The notes: generated from the letters alone by a model not told the origin. Numbered from the stretch's first letter, positions 18,264-31,400 are shown. The stretch: 64,000 nt of DNA from Lachnospiraceae bacterium (GCA_017460885.1 JAFUAB010000018.1:17726-81725); one strand, 5' to 3'. Numbers and translations are program-made.

Positions 18264-19814
18264 ATGGCGGATTATATCTTGGAAATGAACCACATCGTGA
18301 AGGAATTCTCCGGTGTAAAAGCGCTTGATGATGTCAATCTCAAGGTTAAATCCGGGGAGATTCACGGATTATGCGGTGAAAACGGAGCCGGTAAGTCCAC
18401 TCTGATGAACATCCTTTCGGGTGTTTACGGATACGGTACTTATACCGGTGATGTTGTTTATAAGGGCGAGATCTGCAAATTCGGAAATATCAAGGACAGT
18501 GAAGCCAAAGGCATAGTTATCATTCATCAGGAGCTGGCGCTGAGCCCTTTGCTGTCTGTGGCTGAAAATGTATTTTTGGGGAATGAACAGACCAATGTAA
18601 AAGGCGTTATAGACTGGACCAGAACCAGAAGCCGCGCTGCGGAAATGCTGGCAAAGGTCGGACTTGAAAACGAGGACGTCAATGTCCCCGTAGGTTCTCT
18701 CGGCGTAGGCAAGCAGCAGCTGATCGAGATCGCAAAGGCAATGGCCAAGAAGGTCGATCTGCTGATCCTGGACGAGCCCACTGCCGCACTTAATGACGAA
18801 GAAAGTCAGAAGCTTCTTGACATCATGCTTGAACTCAAAAAGCAGGGTGTCACAAGCATCATTATCTCTCATAAATTGAACGAATTGGAATATGTCTGTG
18901 ATGCACTTACGATCATCAGAGACGGACATACGATCGAAACACTGACCAAGGGCGTCGATGATTTCAGCGAGGAGCGTGTCATCAAGGGAATGGTAGGACG
19001 CGAGCTGACCAACCGTTATCCGGCGCGGGAGGGCGTTGAGATCGGCGACGTGATCTTTGAGGTGGACAACTGGAATGTCTATCATCCGGATGACGAGAAG
19101 CGTCAGATGATAAAGGATGTCAACATCAAGGTCCGCGCAGGCGAGGTTGTAGGACTTGCGGGACTGATGGGAGCGGGCCGTACCGAGTTCGCGATGAGCG
19201 TCTTCGGCAAGAGCTACGGACAGAAGATCACCGGTACGGTAAAGATCAACGGTAAGGAAGTACAGCTGAATTCGGTCAAGGATGCTATCGACAATAAACT
19301 TGCATATGTGTCCGAAGACAGAAAGACGTACGGTCTGGTGCTCATAGACAGCATCAAACGCAATATGACGATGGCTGCCCTCAAGAATTTCTTTTCCAAA
19401 AAGGGAGTTGTCAACGAAAATGATGAGATCGTTTCGGCCGAGGAATACAAGAAGCGCATCAATGTAAAGTCCAACTCGATAGAGCAGGCGGTCGGATCTC
19501 TGTCCGGTGGTAACCAGCAGAAGGTCGTGCTTGCCAAATGGATGCTCACTCAGCCTGACGTACTTATCCTCGACGAACCCACCCGTGGTATCGACGTAGG
19601 AGCCAAATATGAAATATACTGTGTTATCAACGATCTGGCCAAGGCAGGCAAGGCAGTGATAGTCATCTCGTCGGAAATGCAGGAGATCATAGGTACCTGC
19701 GACAGGGTCTATGTCATCAACGAAGGCGAGATAGCAGGAGAACTGGACAAGGGCGAGGTATCGCAGGAAAAGATCATGCAGTGCATCATGGCACACAACA
19801 GGAAAGGTGAGTGA
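18264..19814 (+). CDS. gguA: Sugar ABC transporter ATP-binding protein (GguA/MmsA)
   Basis: [47 protein letters not shown]. Confidence 0.93.
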   Translation: MADYILEMNHIVKEFSGVKALDDVNLKVKSGEIHGLCGENGAGKSTLMNILSGVYGYGTYTGDVVYKGEICKFGNIKDSEAKGIVIIHQELALSPLLSVAENVFLGNEQTNVKGVIDWTRTRSRAAEMLAKVGLENEDVNVPVGSLGVGKQQLIEIAKAMAKKVDLLILDEPTAALNDEESQKLLDIMLELKKQGVTSIIISHKLNELEYVCDALTIIRDGHTIETLTKGVDDFSEERVIKGMVGRELTNRYPAREGVEIGDVIFEVDNWNVYHPDDEKRQMIKDVNIKVRAGEVVGLAGLMGAGRTEFAMSVFGKSYGQKITGTVKINGKEVQLNSVKDAIDNKLAYVSEDRKTYGLVLIDSIKRNMTMAALKNFFSKKGVVNENDEIVSAEEYKKRINVKSNSIEQAVGSLSGGNQQKVVLAKWMLTQPDVLILDEPTRGIDVGAKYEIYCVINDLAKAGKAVIVISSEMQEIIGTCDRVYVINEGEIAGELDKGEVSQEKIMQCIMAHNRKGE

Positions 19815-19819
19815 TAAAT

Positions 19820-20989
19820 ATGGACAACAAAAAAACAGTCAATATGGATATGAAACAGTACGGCATGTTCCTGGTTCTGATCGCGGTTTATCTGATCTTT
19901 GCGGTCATGACCGGCGGAAAGAACATGTCCTACGCAAATATTAACAACCTGATCATGCAGAATGGATACGTTGTTATCCTTGCGGTAGGTATGCTGCTCT
20001 GCGTACTGACAGGTAACGTCGACCTGGGTGTAGGCTCCGTCGTTGCTCTTACCGGTGCCGCAGCAGGTATCATCATGGTCGACCTGAAGGGAAATATGTG
20101 GGTCGCAATCATCGTTGCACTGGCAATCGGTGTTCTCTGCGGTATGTTCGCAGGCTTCTTCATCGCAGTGATGCATGTACCTCCATTCATCGTAACCCTT
20201 GCCACGATGCTTATGGGACGCGGTGCCACATATACGATGCTTAAGGCACAGACCAAGGGACCACTTCCCACCAACTACAACTTCATCGGCGCAGGCTTTC
20301 TGCCCACCATCAAGATCCCTTTCGGTGATGGTACTCTGGATCTTCTGAGTATAATCGTTGCCATCATCTTCTCTGTTGTGATCATATTCAACGAGATCAA
20401 GGGCATCAACACCAAGAAAAAATACGGCTTCGCACTTAATCCCGCATGGCAGACGATCATTAAGGATGCGATCCTCATCTTCATCATCTGGTTCGTATTC
20501 TACAGGATCGGCCGTTACAATGGTATTCCTTTTGTACTCGTGATCATGGGTGCCATAGTCGGAATCTACTACTTCATCACAAGCAAGACCGTCGCAGGAC
20601 GTCAGATATATGCGCTGGGCGGCAACAGAAAGGCCGCACAGCTCTCCGGTATCAACACCGATAAGGTTTTCTTCTGGGTTTACACCAACATGGGTATGCT
20701 CGCAGGTGTAGCCGGAGTCGTACTTGCAGCCCGTAACGGATCCGCAACACCCAAGGCCGGCGACCAGTTCGAGATGGATGCCATCGCATCCTGCTACCTG
20801 GGCGGCGCAGCCGTTGCCGGTGGTGCCGGAACCATCATGGGTGCCGTGGTCGGAGCCTTCATCATGGGTATCCTGAACAACGGTATGTCACTGTTCGGAT
20901 GGTCGACGGATATCCAGAAGATCGTAAAGGGCGCCGTTCTGCTAGGAGCCGTTACCGTTGACCTGATGTCCAAGAGAAAGAAATCATGA
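19820..20989 (+). CDS. gguB: Sugar ABC transporter permease (GguB/MmsB)
   Basis: Multi-TM; QNGYVVILAVGM, GRQIYALGGNRKAAQLSGI, EMDAIASCYLGG. Confidence 0.92.
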   Translation: MDNKKTVNMDMKQYGMFLVLIAVYLIFAVMTGGKNMSYANINNLIMQNGYVVILAVGMLLCVLTGNVDLGVGSVVALTGAAAGIIMVDLKGNMWVAIIVALAIGVLCGMFAGFFIAVMHVPPFIVTLATMLMGRGATYTMLKAQTKGPLPTNYNFIGAGFLPTIKIPFGDGTLDLLSIIVAIIFSVVIIFNEIKGINTKKKYGFALNPAWQTIIKDAILIFIIWFVFYRIGRYNGIPFVLVIMGAIVGIYYFITSKTVAGRQIYALGGNRKAAQLSGINTDKVFFWVYTNMGMLAGVAGVVLAARNGSATPKAGDQFEMDAIASCYLGGAAVAGGAGTIMGAVVGAFIMGILNNGMSLFGWSTDIQKIVKGAVLLGAVTVDLMSKRKKS

Positions 20990-21222
20990 GTGAAAAAGGC
21001 GGAGGCATATCGCCATCTGCCATGTGTCTGCTCAGGATCCTGATAGGCGCGTATGTGATATATGCGGATTATTCCGCGATAGATGACGTAGCCGCGATGT
21101 CCGGACCAAAGCAGATCGGACTGGCAGCTTTGATGACAGTGCTTTTCATCGGAGCGGTCGCCCTGATCATCTACTCGCTGCGACAGCTAATCGCCGGCAG
21201 GAGAGATGATCGCGACAAATAA
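20986..21222 (+). CDS. Small two-TM membrane protein
   Basis: ATGA overlap with the permease stop; two hydrophobic helices. Confidence 0.6.
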   Translation: MSEKGGGISPSAMCLLRILIGAYVIYADYSAIDDVAAMSGPKQIGLAALMTVLFIGAVALIIYSLRQLIAGRRDDRDK

Positions 21223-21233
21223 TGATCCAATAC

Positions 21234-21264
21234 CGGGGACAGTCTTCGCAGAAGACTGTCCCCC
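21234..21264. terminator. Stem-loop closing the sugar operon (REP-like GGGGAC core)
   Basis: cggggacagtcttc-gca-gaagactgtccccg perfect 14-bp stem. Confidence 0.65.
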
Positions 21265-21387
21265 GATACTTCTTAAAACTCACAATAGCCAACCAATCCC
21301 ACATATGATAAAATAAATAATGGTACTTTGGCGATACTATGCCCTTTGCGGGCATCGGTCTGTATCCCGACCAGGAGGTATTACCGT

Positions 21388-21972
21388 ATGGCTTCCTTTG
21401 CCGAACTCTTAAAAACACTCAGAACCGAGAGAAACCTTTCGCAGCGTGAGCTGGCCGACCAGCTGTTTGTGGACAGGACCACCATAGCGCACTGGGAAAG
21501 CGGACGACGTATCCCGGATACGGAGCTTACGCTCCGGCTTGCGGATTTTCTCAACGTGGACGTATCGCTTCTCCTGGGAGCCGAGCACGAGAAGACCGCT
21601 CCCAACGTCATCCTGGTCGATGATGAGCATATCCAGGTTAAAGGAACGATCCCGATACTTGAGGAAGCTCTCCCGGGAGCTGAGATAACAGGATTTACGA
21701 AAGTGTCCGAAGCCGTGGCCTTTGCTAAGGAAAGCCGTATAGCTTTGGCCTTTCTGGATATAGAGATCGGTAAGAACAACGGTATATCATTGTGCGATAC
21801 CCTGCTGGAGATCAACCCTCTTACCAACGTCATATTTCTGACCAGCTACTCCAACTACGCTCTGAATGCGTGGGAGACTCCGGCCAGTGGCTTTTTGCTT
21901 AAGCCCATCCGTGCAGAGCAGGTCAGAAAACAGATCATGCACTTAAGACACCCTGTGGCGGGTCTTCTCTGA
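21388..21972 (+). CDS. Response regulator with N-terminal XRE HTH and C-terminal receiver domain
   Basis: LRTERNLSQRELADQLFVDRTTIAHWESGRRIP; ILVDDE, AFLDIEI, IFLTSY, GFLLKPI; RBS aggagg. Confidence 0.88.
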   Translation: MASFAELLKTLRTERNLSQRELADQLFVDRTTIAHWESGRRIPDTELTLRLADFLNVDVSLLLGAEHEKTAPNVILVDDEHIQVKGTIPILEEALPGAEITGFTKVSEAVAFAKESRIALAFLDIEIGKNNGISLCDTLLEINPLTNVIFLTSYSNYALNAWETPASGFLLKPIRAEQVRKQIMHLRHPVAGLL

Positions 21973-22015
21973 CGTAAAACCGGTCCGATCCTCATCCGAC
22001 GTAAAAACCGGTCCG
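21971..22015. repeat. Direct repeat GACGTAAAA(A)CCGGTCCG x2 between regulator and kinase genes
   Basis: Copies at 21971-21987 and 21998-22015. Confidence 0.7.
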
Positions 22016-22063
22016 GCCTGTTCGCACTGTGTGCGCAAAAAAACACTAGAACCGAGGCATTAA

Positions 22064-23350
22064 ATGAACAATGTGACAGATGTCATAAACTTTGCCATAG
22101 CTGTTTCATCGCTGACCATAGCGATCATCGGACTGGCAATGACCTTTTACCTCCATGTTGAGGCTAAGCTTAAGTCAATCTATCTGATCTTTTTCGGATT
22201 GCTGGTAATGTATGCCCTTTCGGATCTGATAGCAAACATTTCACTCGTGATGCTGGGACCCGGGTATGCCGCGCTGTCCAGATACGCGATCTTTGCAGAG
22301 TCTTTTTTTTCGTCTCTGCTCATGCCCGTACTGACATATCTGATACTGTATTTCAGCGGTGATCTCGGACAGCGGCATCTGCTGCCTGTGATCGTGTGGG
22401 TCCTGTGGGCGGGATATGCCGGATTGCTTATCTATACCCAGTTTACCGACAGCATATATTTTGTTACTGATGACAATGTATATTATCGAGGGGATGATTA
22501 CCGGCTTCTGCTCATTCCGGTAATACTTCTCGCCATAGCCAATCTGATCGGATTGTTCAACCGCCGCAGAAGACTGGAGGCATCACAGCTGATCTCGATA
22601 CTAGTGTATCTGATGGTTCCTTTTATATCGATCGTGATACAGGCCTTTTTCTACGGGATACTGTCGATCGTTCTCGGCACGTTCCTTGCTACGCTCTTTA
22701 TGATCGTCTTCATAATCAGCCGGGAGAACAACAAGATGATCCGCCTTTCCGAGGAAAATGCTCATCAGCAGGCTGCGATCACAGTGCTCAAGATGCGACC
22801 CCATTTTGTGTTCAATACACTGTCCAGCATCTACTACCTGTGTGACAGCGATCCCAAGAAGGCACAGCAGGTCATCGGGGATTTCACGAGTTACCTGAGG
22901 TACAATTTCAACGCTTTGGCCCAGAACGATCTGATCCCCTTCAGCGAAGAACTTGCCCATACAAGGGCTTATCTTTCGGTGGAATCTGCGCGGTTTGAGA
23001 ACCTGCTCTTTGTGGAATATCACACGATGCATACCAATTTTCGTCTGCCGCCTCTGACAATGCAGCCCATTGTGGAGAATGCTGTCAAGCATGGAGTGGA
23101 TCCGGATTCGAAGCCTCTGACGATACGTATCAATACGAGACTCGGCAACAACTCCAGCTTTGTGACCATCGAGGATGACGGTCCGGGATTCTCTGCTCCG
23201 AATCCTTCGGATGAGCAGGGACTTCATATAGGACTGAACAATGTCCGTGACAGGCTTCAGCTCATGTGCCGTGGTTCCATTGATATCTCACCCCGCAGAG
23301 GCGGGGGAACCATTGTGACCATAGAGGTGCCGTGCAGGATTGATACGTAA
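22064..23350 (+). CDS. Membrane sensor histidine kinase, LytS/YehU type
   Basis: About 7 TM; MRPHFVFNTLSSI H-box, MQPIVENAVKHG, IEDDGPGF, HIGLNNVRDRL, GGGT. Confidence 0.9.
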   Translation: MNNVTDVINFAIAVSSLTIAIIGLAMTFYLHVEAKLKSIYLIFFGLLVMYALSDLIANISLVMLGPGYAALSRYAIFAESFFSSLLMPVLTYLILYFSGDLGQRHLLPVIVWVLWAGYAGLLIYTQFTDSIYFVTDDNVYYRGDDYRLLLIPVILLAIANLIGLFNRRRRLEASQLISILVYLMVPFISIVIQAFFYGILSIVLGTFLATLFMIVFIISRENNKMIRLSEENAHQQAAITVLKMRPHFVFNTLSSIYYLCDSDPKKAQQVIGDFTSYLRYNFNALAQNDLIPFSEELAHTRAYLSVESARFENLLFVEYHTMHTNFRLPPLTMQPIVENAVKHGVDPDSKPLTIRINTRLGNNSSFVTIEDDGPGFSAPNPSDEQGLHIGLNNVRDRLQLMCRGSIDISPRRGGGTIVTIEVPCRIDT

Positions 23351-23421
23351 AGCGCTTTTGATGCGCAGAAATTCGCAGCGGAATGGCACTTCGTGCCTGG
23401 CATTTCATACAGGATAAAATA

Positions 23422-24274
23422 ATGCTAAACGAGATAACGATCGACAATATTGAAAGCTGCATAGATTATCTGGATCCGGATATTTCCGAGAATCTGGGAA
23501 GGGAATATTTCCACGGGTTTTATTCCACAGGCCCGGACGGAAGCTGCAACGGAGTTCTGGTCTGGGAGCTAAAGAATGTCGATGCTTCATCGGGACACCG
23601 CGGAATGATCATGTTCTACCGCGCCGATGACACAGAGATCGGCAAAGATCTGATCGACGGATACAGCTTTCAGTGCAGAAGCCTCGGAGTTGCCGACAGC
23701 AGCTTTGAGCTGGGAGGGCTTAAGCCTGACGAACTGGAAATGTTTCGATCCGCGGGCTTTCAGATCCTGGAACGGGAGAGCATCGATCTTAAGCTTACCA
23801 TCAGGGATCTGAAGGGACTGAAATTCCTCAAAAACAAGATCCCTCCATACATTATTACTCTGAGTGAGCTTTCCACCCTTGAATACAAAAAAAGGAATAG
23901 CCAATTACGTTTTCAGCGGCAACAGGAAGCTTCTTGAGGACATAACCATGCTTCCGCCCCAGTGGTTTGAAGGGATCATGTCAAGTGCCATACGCAATGA
24001 TTCCAGAGTAAACGGATTGTTTTTGATCCATAATTCACCCTCGGGCGTGCTCATGCCCCAGGTCTTCTTTGCATCCGGTGTAAATTCCAAAACCGACCTG
24101 CTGGATATGGTCAACAACACGGTACGAATGGCAATGATCGATTATCCGCCCGACACCCCGGTTCTGATCAGAAGACATGATAAGTCGGTAGCCGGCCTGG
24201 TGTCATATCTTTTCCCGGGGTTCAAAGGGGATACGATATTTGCGGGGATAAGGCAGGAAGGAGGCGACAAATGA
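23422..24274 (+). pseudogene. GNAT-like protein split by a +1 frameshift in an A7 run
   Basis: ORFs 23422-23937 and 23864-24274 join as ...EYKKGIANY... if one A is removed from the A7 at 23887-23893; the fused product of about 283 aa matches the size of the other GNAT-like genes. Confidence 0.65.
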
Positions 24275-25347
24275 GAGATACTATTGCAATCGTCTCAGAG
24301 ATCATAGCGTTTGTGCTCATGGCGGTGATCTTTTTTTCAGATCGTAATGTGAGAAGATCCGGATCAAAGGTTTACAGGGCATTAAGATGGATGATGATAA
24401 TCGAGATCCTGCTGCTCGTGTTGGGAGTGTTCAGATTCCGGATAAATGACTGGGATGTGAACTCAGACGTGATGCCCACTCTTGATCTTCTGTTGAAGCT
24501 TATCCTTTCGGGGATTCCTCCTATTTTCGCGATGGGGATGATATACCAGGTAGTGAAGAGGCTCCATTCCGGTTTCCTGGGGGATTATGGCTCCGACAAG
24601 GGACAGTACAGAGGAGAAAGGATATGTCTGGTAATAGAGATACTGCTTACGGTAGGTCTGTATATACCATTCAGTATTATTTCGGAGTCAGCAGAATGGG
24701 GTGTAAAACATGCGCTTGCAGCCTTGGGATTGCTGTTCATAAGATGGTTGAATGAACTGATCTACGGGATCATATGCATTGTTCATGCAAAAAAGGTCGC
24801 AAAATATATAAAGGAAGAACAGGGGAGAGCCTATTTCCTGAATCCTGTACTTTTGATCCTGCCGGTAATGGTGGGATATCTTGTGTATGTGCTTTGGAGT
24901 TTTGACATATTATCATTAGGAATTGCGTTATCGCTGCTTTTTGCGGATATATCAATGAGAGCACGGAATGAGCTGGTGGACAGTGAAACCGGATTTTACA
25001 GGGTGAATAAGCTTGATAAATTTGAGAAATATTATAATCTCAGTCATCACAGACATGGCTGTGCACTGGTCATAAAGACCGATTCCGGAATCGAAGAGGT
25101 CGCCGGGATAATAATGGAATTTCAGCCCGAAAAGAGTATAGTGCTTGAATCCGGAACCGGAAGCTATATTATGCTGCTCAACGTGGCGGACAAAAACGGT
25201 ATGGATTTTATGGCCGGCATGATCAGGGATACCGCAGCCGAAATGGTTCCGGAAGCACATGTGGATGTAAATGCATACTATCTTGACCAACAGGAAAGTG
25301 ACAGTACATTTTTCGACAGGATACGAAGTGAGATAAATGGCAGATAA
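24271..25347 (+). CDS. Multi-TM membrane protein with degenerate GGDEF-like C-terminal domain
   Basis: About 7 TM, then ELVDSETGFYR (cf. D.LTG.yN) without a GGDEF motif; ATGA-coupled to the upstream gene. Confidence 0.55.
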   Translation: MRDTIAIVSEIIAFVLMAVIFFSDRNVRRSGSKVYRALRWMMIIEILLLVLGVFRFRINDWDVNSDVMPTLDLLLKLILSGIPPIFAMGMIYQVVKRLHSGFLGDYGSDKGQYRGERICLVIEILLTVGLYIPFSIISESAEWGVKHALAALGLLFIRWLNELIYGIICIVHAKKVAKYIKEEQGRAYFLNPVLLILPVMVGYLVYVLWSFDILSLGIALSLLFADISMRARNELVDSETGFYRVNKLDKFEKYYNLSHHRHGCALVIKTDSGIEEVAGIIMEFQPEKSIVLESGTGSYIMLLNVADKNGMDFMAGMIRDTAAEMVPEAHVDVNAYYLDQQESDSTFFDRIRSEINGR

Positions 25348-25433
25348 AAGCAAATACAGGCCTGCAGACAGCGCAATGCCGGACGGCTGTAAAAAGACAT
25401 CAGGCCCGGTACAAACATTAGTGAGGTAGAAAG

Positions 25434-28400
25434 ATGGATCCGATAAATAATCAAAACGAGGAACTTCAGAAACAGCTGCTCGAACAGAACAAACAGCTCC
25501 AGACCACCTCTCAGCAGACGGAGGAGAGACTGACACAGGCTACGGACGTTCAGGCCTTCGAGGAACTGTCCCGAACCGAGGAAGAGCAGAGGAAGTCGGC
25601 GTATGAAGCCAAGGAGGCCGAACGCTGGGCTATGGTCAATGCCTTTCGCAAAAAGTCAGGCGAGGCAACCATCACAAACAGCAATTACAAGAATGAATAC
25701 GGTTCGATGGATATCTTTGAACTCCGGGATGCTCTTTTGAACGATTCCAAATCCAAGTCCAAGCTGTTTGACGCGATGGTGATCGATCTGGATACATTCC
25801 TTAAGCTGTCCGAGACCTCAGGCAAGACAGAGTTCGATACCGCCATAATCACGTCGGACTATGGCGACTCATTGATTGCTGCCAGAAAGTCCGTACATAA
25901 TTATCTGTCGATCCGCAGCGGACAGATACACATCTTTGACAACGGCAAGCGCAGACTCGATATTGCCGAGAGGATAGAGCGACTTCTTGATGACATGTCG
26001 TTGGAGATCAACAAGAAGGTGGGGGGACTTCCCGAGAAAGAAAAGCGCATGGCAATGTACAGGCGCGATAAACTGACTGATGATGAGATAAAAGAGCGTG
26101 AGAACCAGTATGAACTGAACGAAAAAGCACTGGATGCGCGTCACGTCATCGAGACCGGCGAATTCGGTCCCAAGATGGATGAAAAAACCAAAGCGAAGCT
26201 ACAGGAAAACTGGCTCGCCGGTAATTTCACCGAAAAGCTGCTGAAACTCCTGGACAATCCCACGGCTCTGCGCACCAAGGATGAGAAGAACGATTTTCTG
26301 GCCGCAATCATGGATAAGAACAACCTGCTGCTGGCCAATAAGATGACGGTGATCCTTACAGTGGAGGCCAACAAAAAGGCTTCGATGGGACTGCCCTGGA
26401 TCACTGCCGATATGCGCAGATATGTGGGCGATCACCTGACCGATGAGGAGGCGCTGACCCTGCAGCCCGAACAGATCGCAGCCCGAACAAAGGAACTGAT
26501 GGCGGAATACGAGGATCATTATGCCAACGAGCTTGGGCAGATGCAGGAGCGCGTAAACAAGCTGAAGACCCTGATACCCGTTCATGAGAATGAAAAGGAC
26601 TCCGAGAGGATAATAGAGGATATATGCGCTTTCCCGGAGATGGAAAGCCTGTTGTACTTTGAAGACCGCGAACAGTTTAACGACCGCTTTAAAAAGCTCA
26701 GGGAAAAGGTTGAAGCCGATGATGCCGAGATCGACGCCCAGCTGGCGAAATATTATTCCAAGGCTACCAGGGAATCCATAAAGTTAAGGATGAACTCCCA
26801 TATGGCCGGACTCAGGCTTTTCGGCTCCACTGATGCCGTACTTGAGCAGACCGGTCTGTTCAGAAGCCGTCTGCAATATCTCGCTCCCGTGGAATTCAGG
26901 ACAGAGCGCATGCTTGACCGCCTCATGAAAAAGAACAGTATTCCTTCCATGCTCAGGGATTCTTTCCTTGAGATGCTCACGATAGGGATGCATGAAGAGC
27001 TTTGCAACCATGAATACTCCTTCTGGGAGAAAAACGCCAAGGAAATCGCCAAGACATACAAGAGTAATGCCTCGTATTTTTCGTACAAGGTGTCGGGGGA
27101 TTCCTTCAAAAGCAAGATAATGAGCTTCTTCGGCAAGGAGGATCTAAACGTTCCCCAGAAGACCTGGGACGAGCTCGAAGCCCTGAAGCTTAAGTCTCTG
27201 GAATTTACTCCTGCTGAGTTTAAGGAGGAAGTAAAGAGGATCATACAGGAGGGCAAGCAGAGCTCCGAGACCAAGCTGATCCGCGAGGAGTACCTGACCA
27301 AACGCAAGTTTATAGACGAGGACACCAAAAAGGTACGCATACAGCATGCGGAAAAGGAACAGAAAAAGATCGATGACATCGGAGATTCCTTTGACACCAA
27401 ATTCCTGCTCGCCATAGAGAATAAAGGGCTGACCGGACTTGAGCACTACAAAAAAACCGACAGGATATTCCGCGGGACCGACGCATTCTACAGGGCTCAG
27501 GATGCCTACAGGCAATCCGTTCAGAAGGATCTGATCACGGCCCGTACGAACACTCTTAAGCAGCTGTTCAGGAATTCCAATGTGCCCGAGGACCGAATCG
27601 AGGAATTCACTGAGAGGTTTTCGTGGATGATAAACGGGCTTGCTGCCAACGGCACAGAACTGTTTAACGATGACCGTCTGGAGTGTGAAAGGATCAATCT
27701 GGAGAACTACGGAGTACGCAGCTGGGATGATGCCATCGCAAAGCTGCCCGCGTACATACCGTCTCTGATTAACGGAGAGACGCATCAGGATATAGAGGAT
27801 GCCAAAACAAAACTTTCCGAAGGTACAGCCAGGATAGCGGAGTTTGAGAACGGCAGGTTCAAGGGGATCGCGGACATCCTTATGGACATTCCGGATGTAT
27901 ACCGTACGGTAATGAGCGGCGATACGAAAGCTCTTGATAAGCTGATGAAGGAGAAGATAGCTCCGGGATTCGGTCCCGCCTGTGATGCACAGTCTGATTT
28001 TGTCAAGAACGAATTCCATGGTGAACCCCTGTTCAAGCAGTATATCTACTCCAACCTGATCGGAATCTATGCGGGCAATGTAAAGGGCGATGCAGCCTAC
28101 CACAACACCCGTATGAAGGATTATTCCCGCAGGATCTATTCCGCACGCTTAAATGACAACCTGCGCAAGGTAGAGCAGGCCCTGAATGACAAATATGCCA
28201 AGACTGACAGACATAAGAACGATGACGCCAAGAAACCGTTCAAGCCTACGGGAGACGAGATCGTACTGACAGGTGAGATCAAGTTTACCCTGATGATGAT
28301 AGCCGATAATACCGAGAGATTTGAGGAATTCCTGGATGCCGAAAAGACGGTTCAGAGCGCACTTGAACTGTATGAGGCTCGCAAGGTCAGCCTGAATCAG

Positions 28401-31400
28401 AGCATCACCTACAGCGAGGAGATCAAGGCACACGCTCAGGAAGTCACCGAGGCGACATATGTAGCTGATCCCCTGGAGGCTAAGCGCAGGGAATACGCCG
28501 AACGCAAGAACGAAGGCAGACGTATGCGTACACGTGTGCTCGGCCTCGATCTGAAGGATCTCAATGAAGTCAGACAGAGCAAGAGCCTCGTGAGGAACGG
28601 CCTGGACGGGAAGACGACCGTATCCCTTGACAAGGCCGATACCGAGCTTGTCCGCGGTGAGCTCCTTAAGCAGGTCGATTTTCAGCTTCCGCCCGTACTT
28701 CGCGATGCCATCATAGAGGAAGGCGCGCGCAGGGGTATCAGGGCGACAAAGAATTTTGTCAAGTTTGATCCCGACGACCCCATGAATGGTGAACTGTATC
28801 GTCACGCCCAGAGGATGAGCCAGCTCTATGAGAATCTGCGCCGTGATACAGAGGATGATCCCGCCATGTCCGAGGAAGAGGCTCAGATGTTCGCTGTCAG
28901 GCTCTATGCCAACAGGACCAAGGATTCGATCTTTGAGAATAAGAGTCTCTCCGCAAAGGGCGTTGATGTAGCGGCAGTGCGCAAAACGCAGGATTATAAG
29001 GTATTCAGGGAGAATTACCGCAAGCTCAAGGCATTTGAGGCGGAGGAAGTCACCGATCCTTCCCTTCAGCGGGAGCATGAGGATATGTCCAGGAATCTCC
29101 GTATCGCGCTGATAACGGGCGGCGGAGTGATCGTGAAGGACAAGAAAAAGACGGTCAGATACAGCGAACTCAAGACCGATGAGGAACGCTCGCTCTACGG
29201 AGAGGCAGTAGGCCTGGCCATAGACAAACAGCTTGAATATCTGAAGTATTCCCGTGATCTCGAACGTGTTATCCGCAAGCAGGTTGAGGACTTCTATTCG
29301 GATCCCAAAAAGAAGATCTCTGTTTTTCATGAGGATGCACTGGTACAGGCTCTGCGGGAGCACTTCCTGTCGGATATGCTCACCGACATGGAAAACGGTG
29401 TGATATTCAGAGAGGAAGACTGGGTAGACGATATCAAAGAGCTTGTTGAAAACAGCAAGGAACGCGACGCTGTCATGAACGAGAAGAATTCCGTCACGGA
29501 GCGGGATCTCGTTGAAGAAGAGCAGAGACGTGTAGAAACCGGGATCGGTGAAGAGACCATCTCATCCATAATCAAAAACTCCGCGATCATCTTCCACGGC
29601 CGGGAAAACATGTATGAGAAGCTGGACCTGGATCAGAAGAAATTCTTCGCCATAGCCCTGATGCTTATGGACAAGGGCGCCGTAGGCTACGGCAGCAGCG
29701 GTACCGGGGCACTGCTCGTTGACAATGACAAAAAGAAAGCCCTCGGAGAGCAGATCGGACTGGAGCTGCAGAAATATATCAGGGGCGAGGAATACCACAT
29801 CAACGTGGATTACCGCGAAGCTGCCTATAAGCTCATTGAATACCAGAATGTCAGCGACTTAAGCCTGAAGACCCGCTACGACCTCTCTGCGGAGGCTTAC
29901 GAAAAGGCTCTTGTATTCGCCAGGAACATATACTCCAAGAAACAGTCCTACAATAAGGGCGAGCTGGATATGGACCGCATCAAGGACGGATATGCTTCCA
30001 TCGAGGCGGCGTTCCTGGAGTCAGGCAAACAGCAGAAAAATGAAATAGACAGGCTGCAGGTCGAACCTCTTACCAAGGAGGATGTGATCTCCAAGCTGAT
30101 CAAATATGCCGAGAACGAAAAACTCACCGCCAAGGATTACGCCATGGGTGCTCTCGGAGCAGGTATGATGCTTGTTGGAGGAGCTGCCATTCTGGGTTCT
30201 AACGTAACACAGAGCCAGCAGATGAAGGAACATAAGAAGGAAGCCGAAAAGAATGGCAAGGATAAGAATAAGGCCGAGCTCAACGTTAAAGAGTACGGTA
30301 TCGACAATGCGGTATCGACAGCCGGGCTGGCAACCGCGGGAGAAGGTCTGGTACTGGTTGACGGCAAGGCGACCAAGCTGTACGACTTCTCCAAATTGAT
30401 GAACAGGCTTAAGAGCCTTGAACAGGACGAAGAGCAGCTCAAGCTTTTCCTGAGGATAATGCAGGATCGTACCGTGCTGGATAAGAGTACCGCCGATCCC
30501 TCGAGATGTGTGGATCAGGAAAAGAGGGATATACTGTTTAACGCCCTGACCGGCGACAATAAGGTCCTTAACGATACGATGAAGGGCTTTGACGATGATG
30601 AATCCTGCCATCAGGCCTACATAAATGCCATGAGCTTCCAGCTGAGGGATGATGCGTATTTTATGGGCAAGATGATCGGCAAGGAGCATTTCGCTAACAA
30701 TGCGTTAAACAGAGGTTCGGTTGTGGACTGGGAGCTGATAATCAGAGCCTTTGACTTCATGGATGAGATCAGGGAGCGCAGGGCTGAGGTATATGCTACA
30801 AGCCACGCCACCGATTATATCCGTCAGACCGGCAATACCGAGGCTATAGCCGAACTGGATAAGCTCGAGAAGGAATACAGTGATAAGAAGGAAAGCTTTG
30901 ACTTAAATGCCATCGAAGACAGGCTTAAGGAGCTTAAGAAGACCTCCAGGGGATATCTGTCCGGAGGACAGGAGGAGATAGAGAGAGCCTGGTCAGGCTA
31001 TATGGCTCTTTCGGATCAGGACAAGAATCTCTTCTATAAGGTTCTGCAGAGGAGAGATCTTCTGGATATCTCCAAGAAGAATTACGTTCAGAACTTCTTC
31101 GGTATATCCGACAGAAATTTCTTAAATGCCACCGGACGAAACGAACTGCTCAACGAATATATACAGGCTTCCCTGTACGACGGCGTGGGAGTGACACTTG
31201 ATAAGGACGCATACTACAAGGCCATGCAGTCGCTGCTGTCTACCCAGGTAAGCGACATCGTATCGTTTAAGGATAAGACGGATATTTCGGGCAAGGTTAC
31301 CGGTATCTTCTCCTATGAGAGGTTAGGTTTCTTCGGCAGAGGCTGTGCCATAGACTGGAAGCTGTTCAAGAGGGCGCTCAGCTTCGTCAACCGCGCCAGG

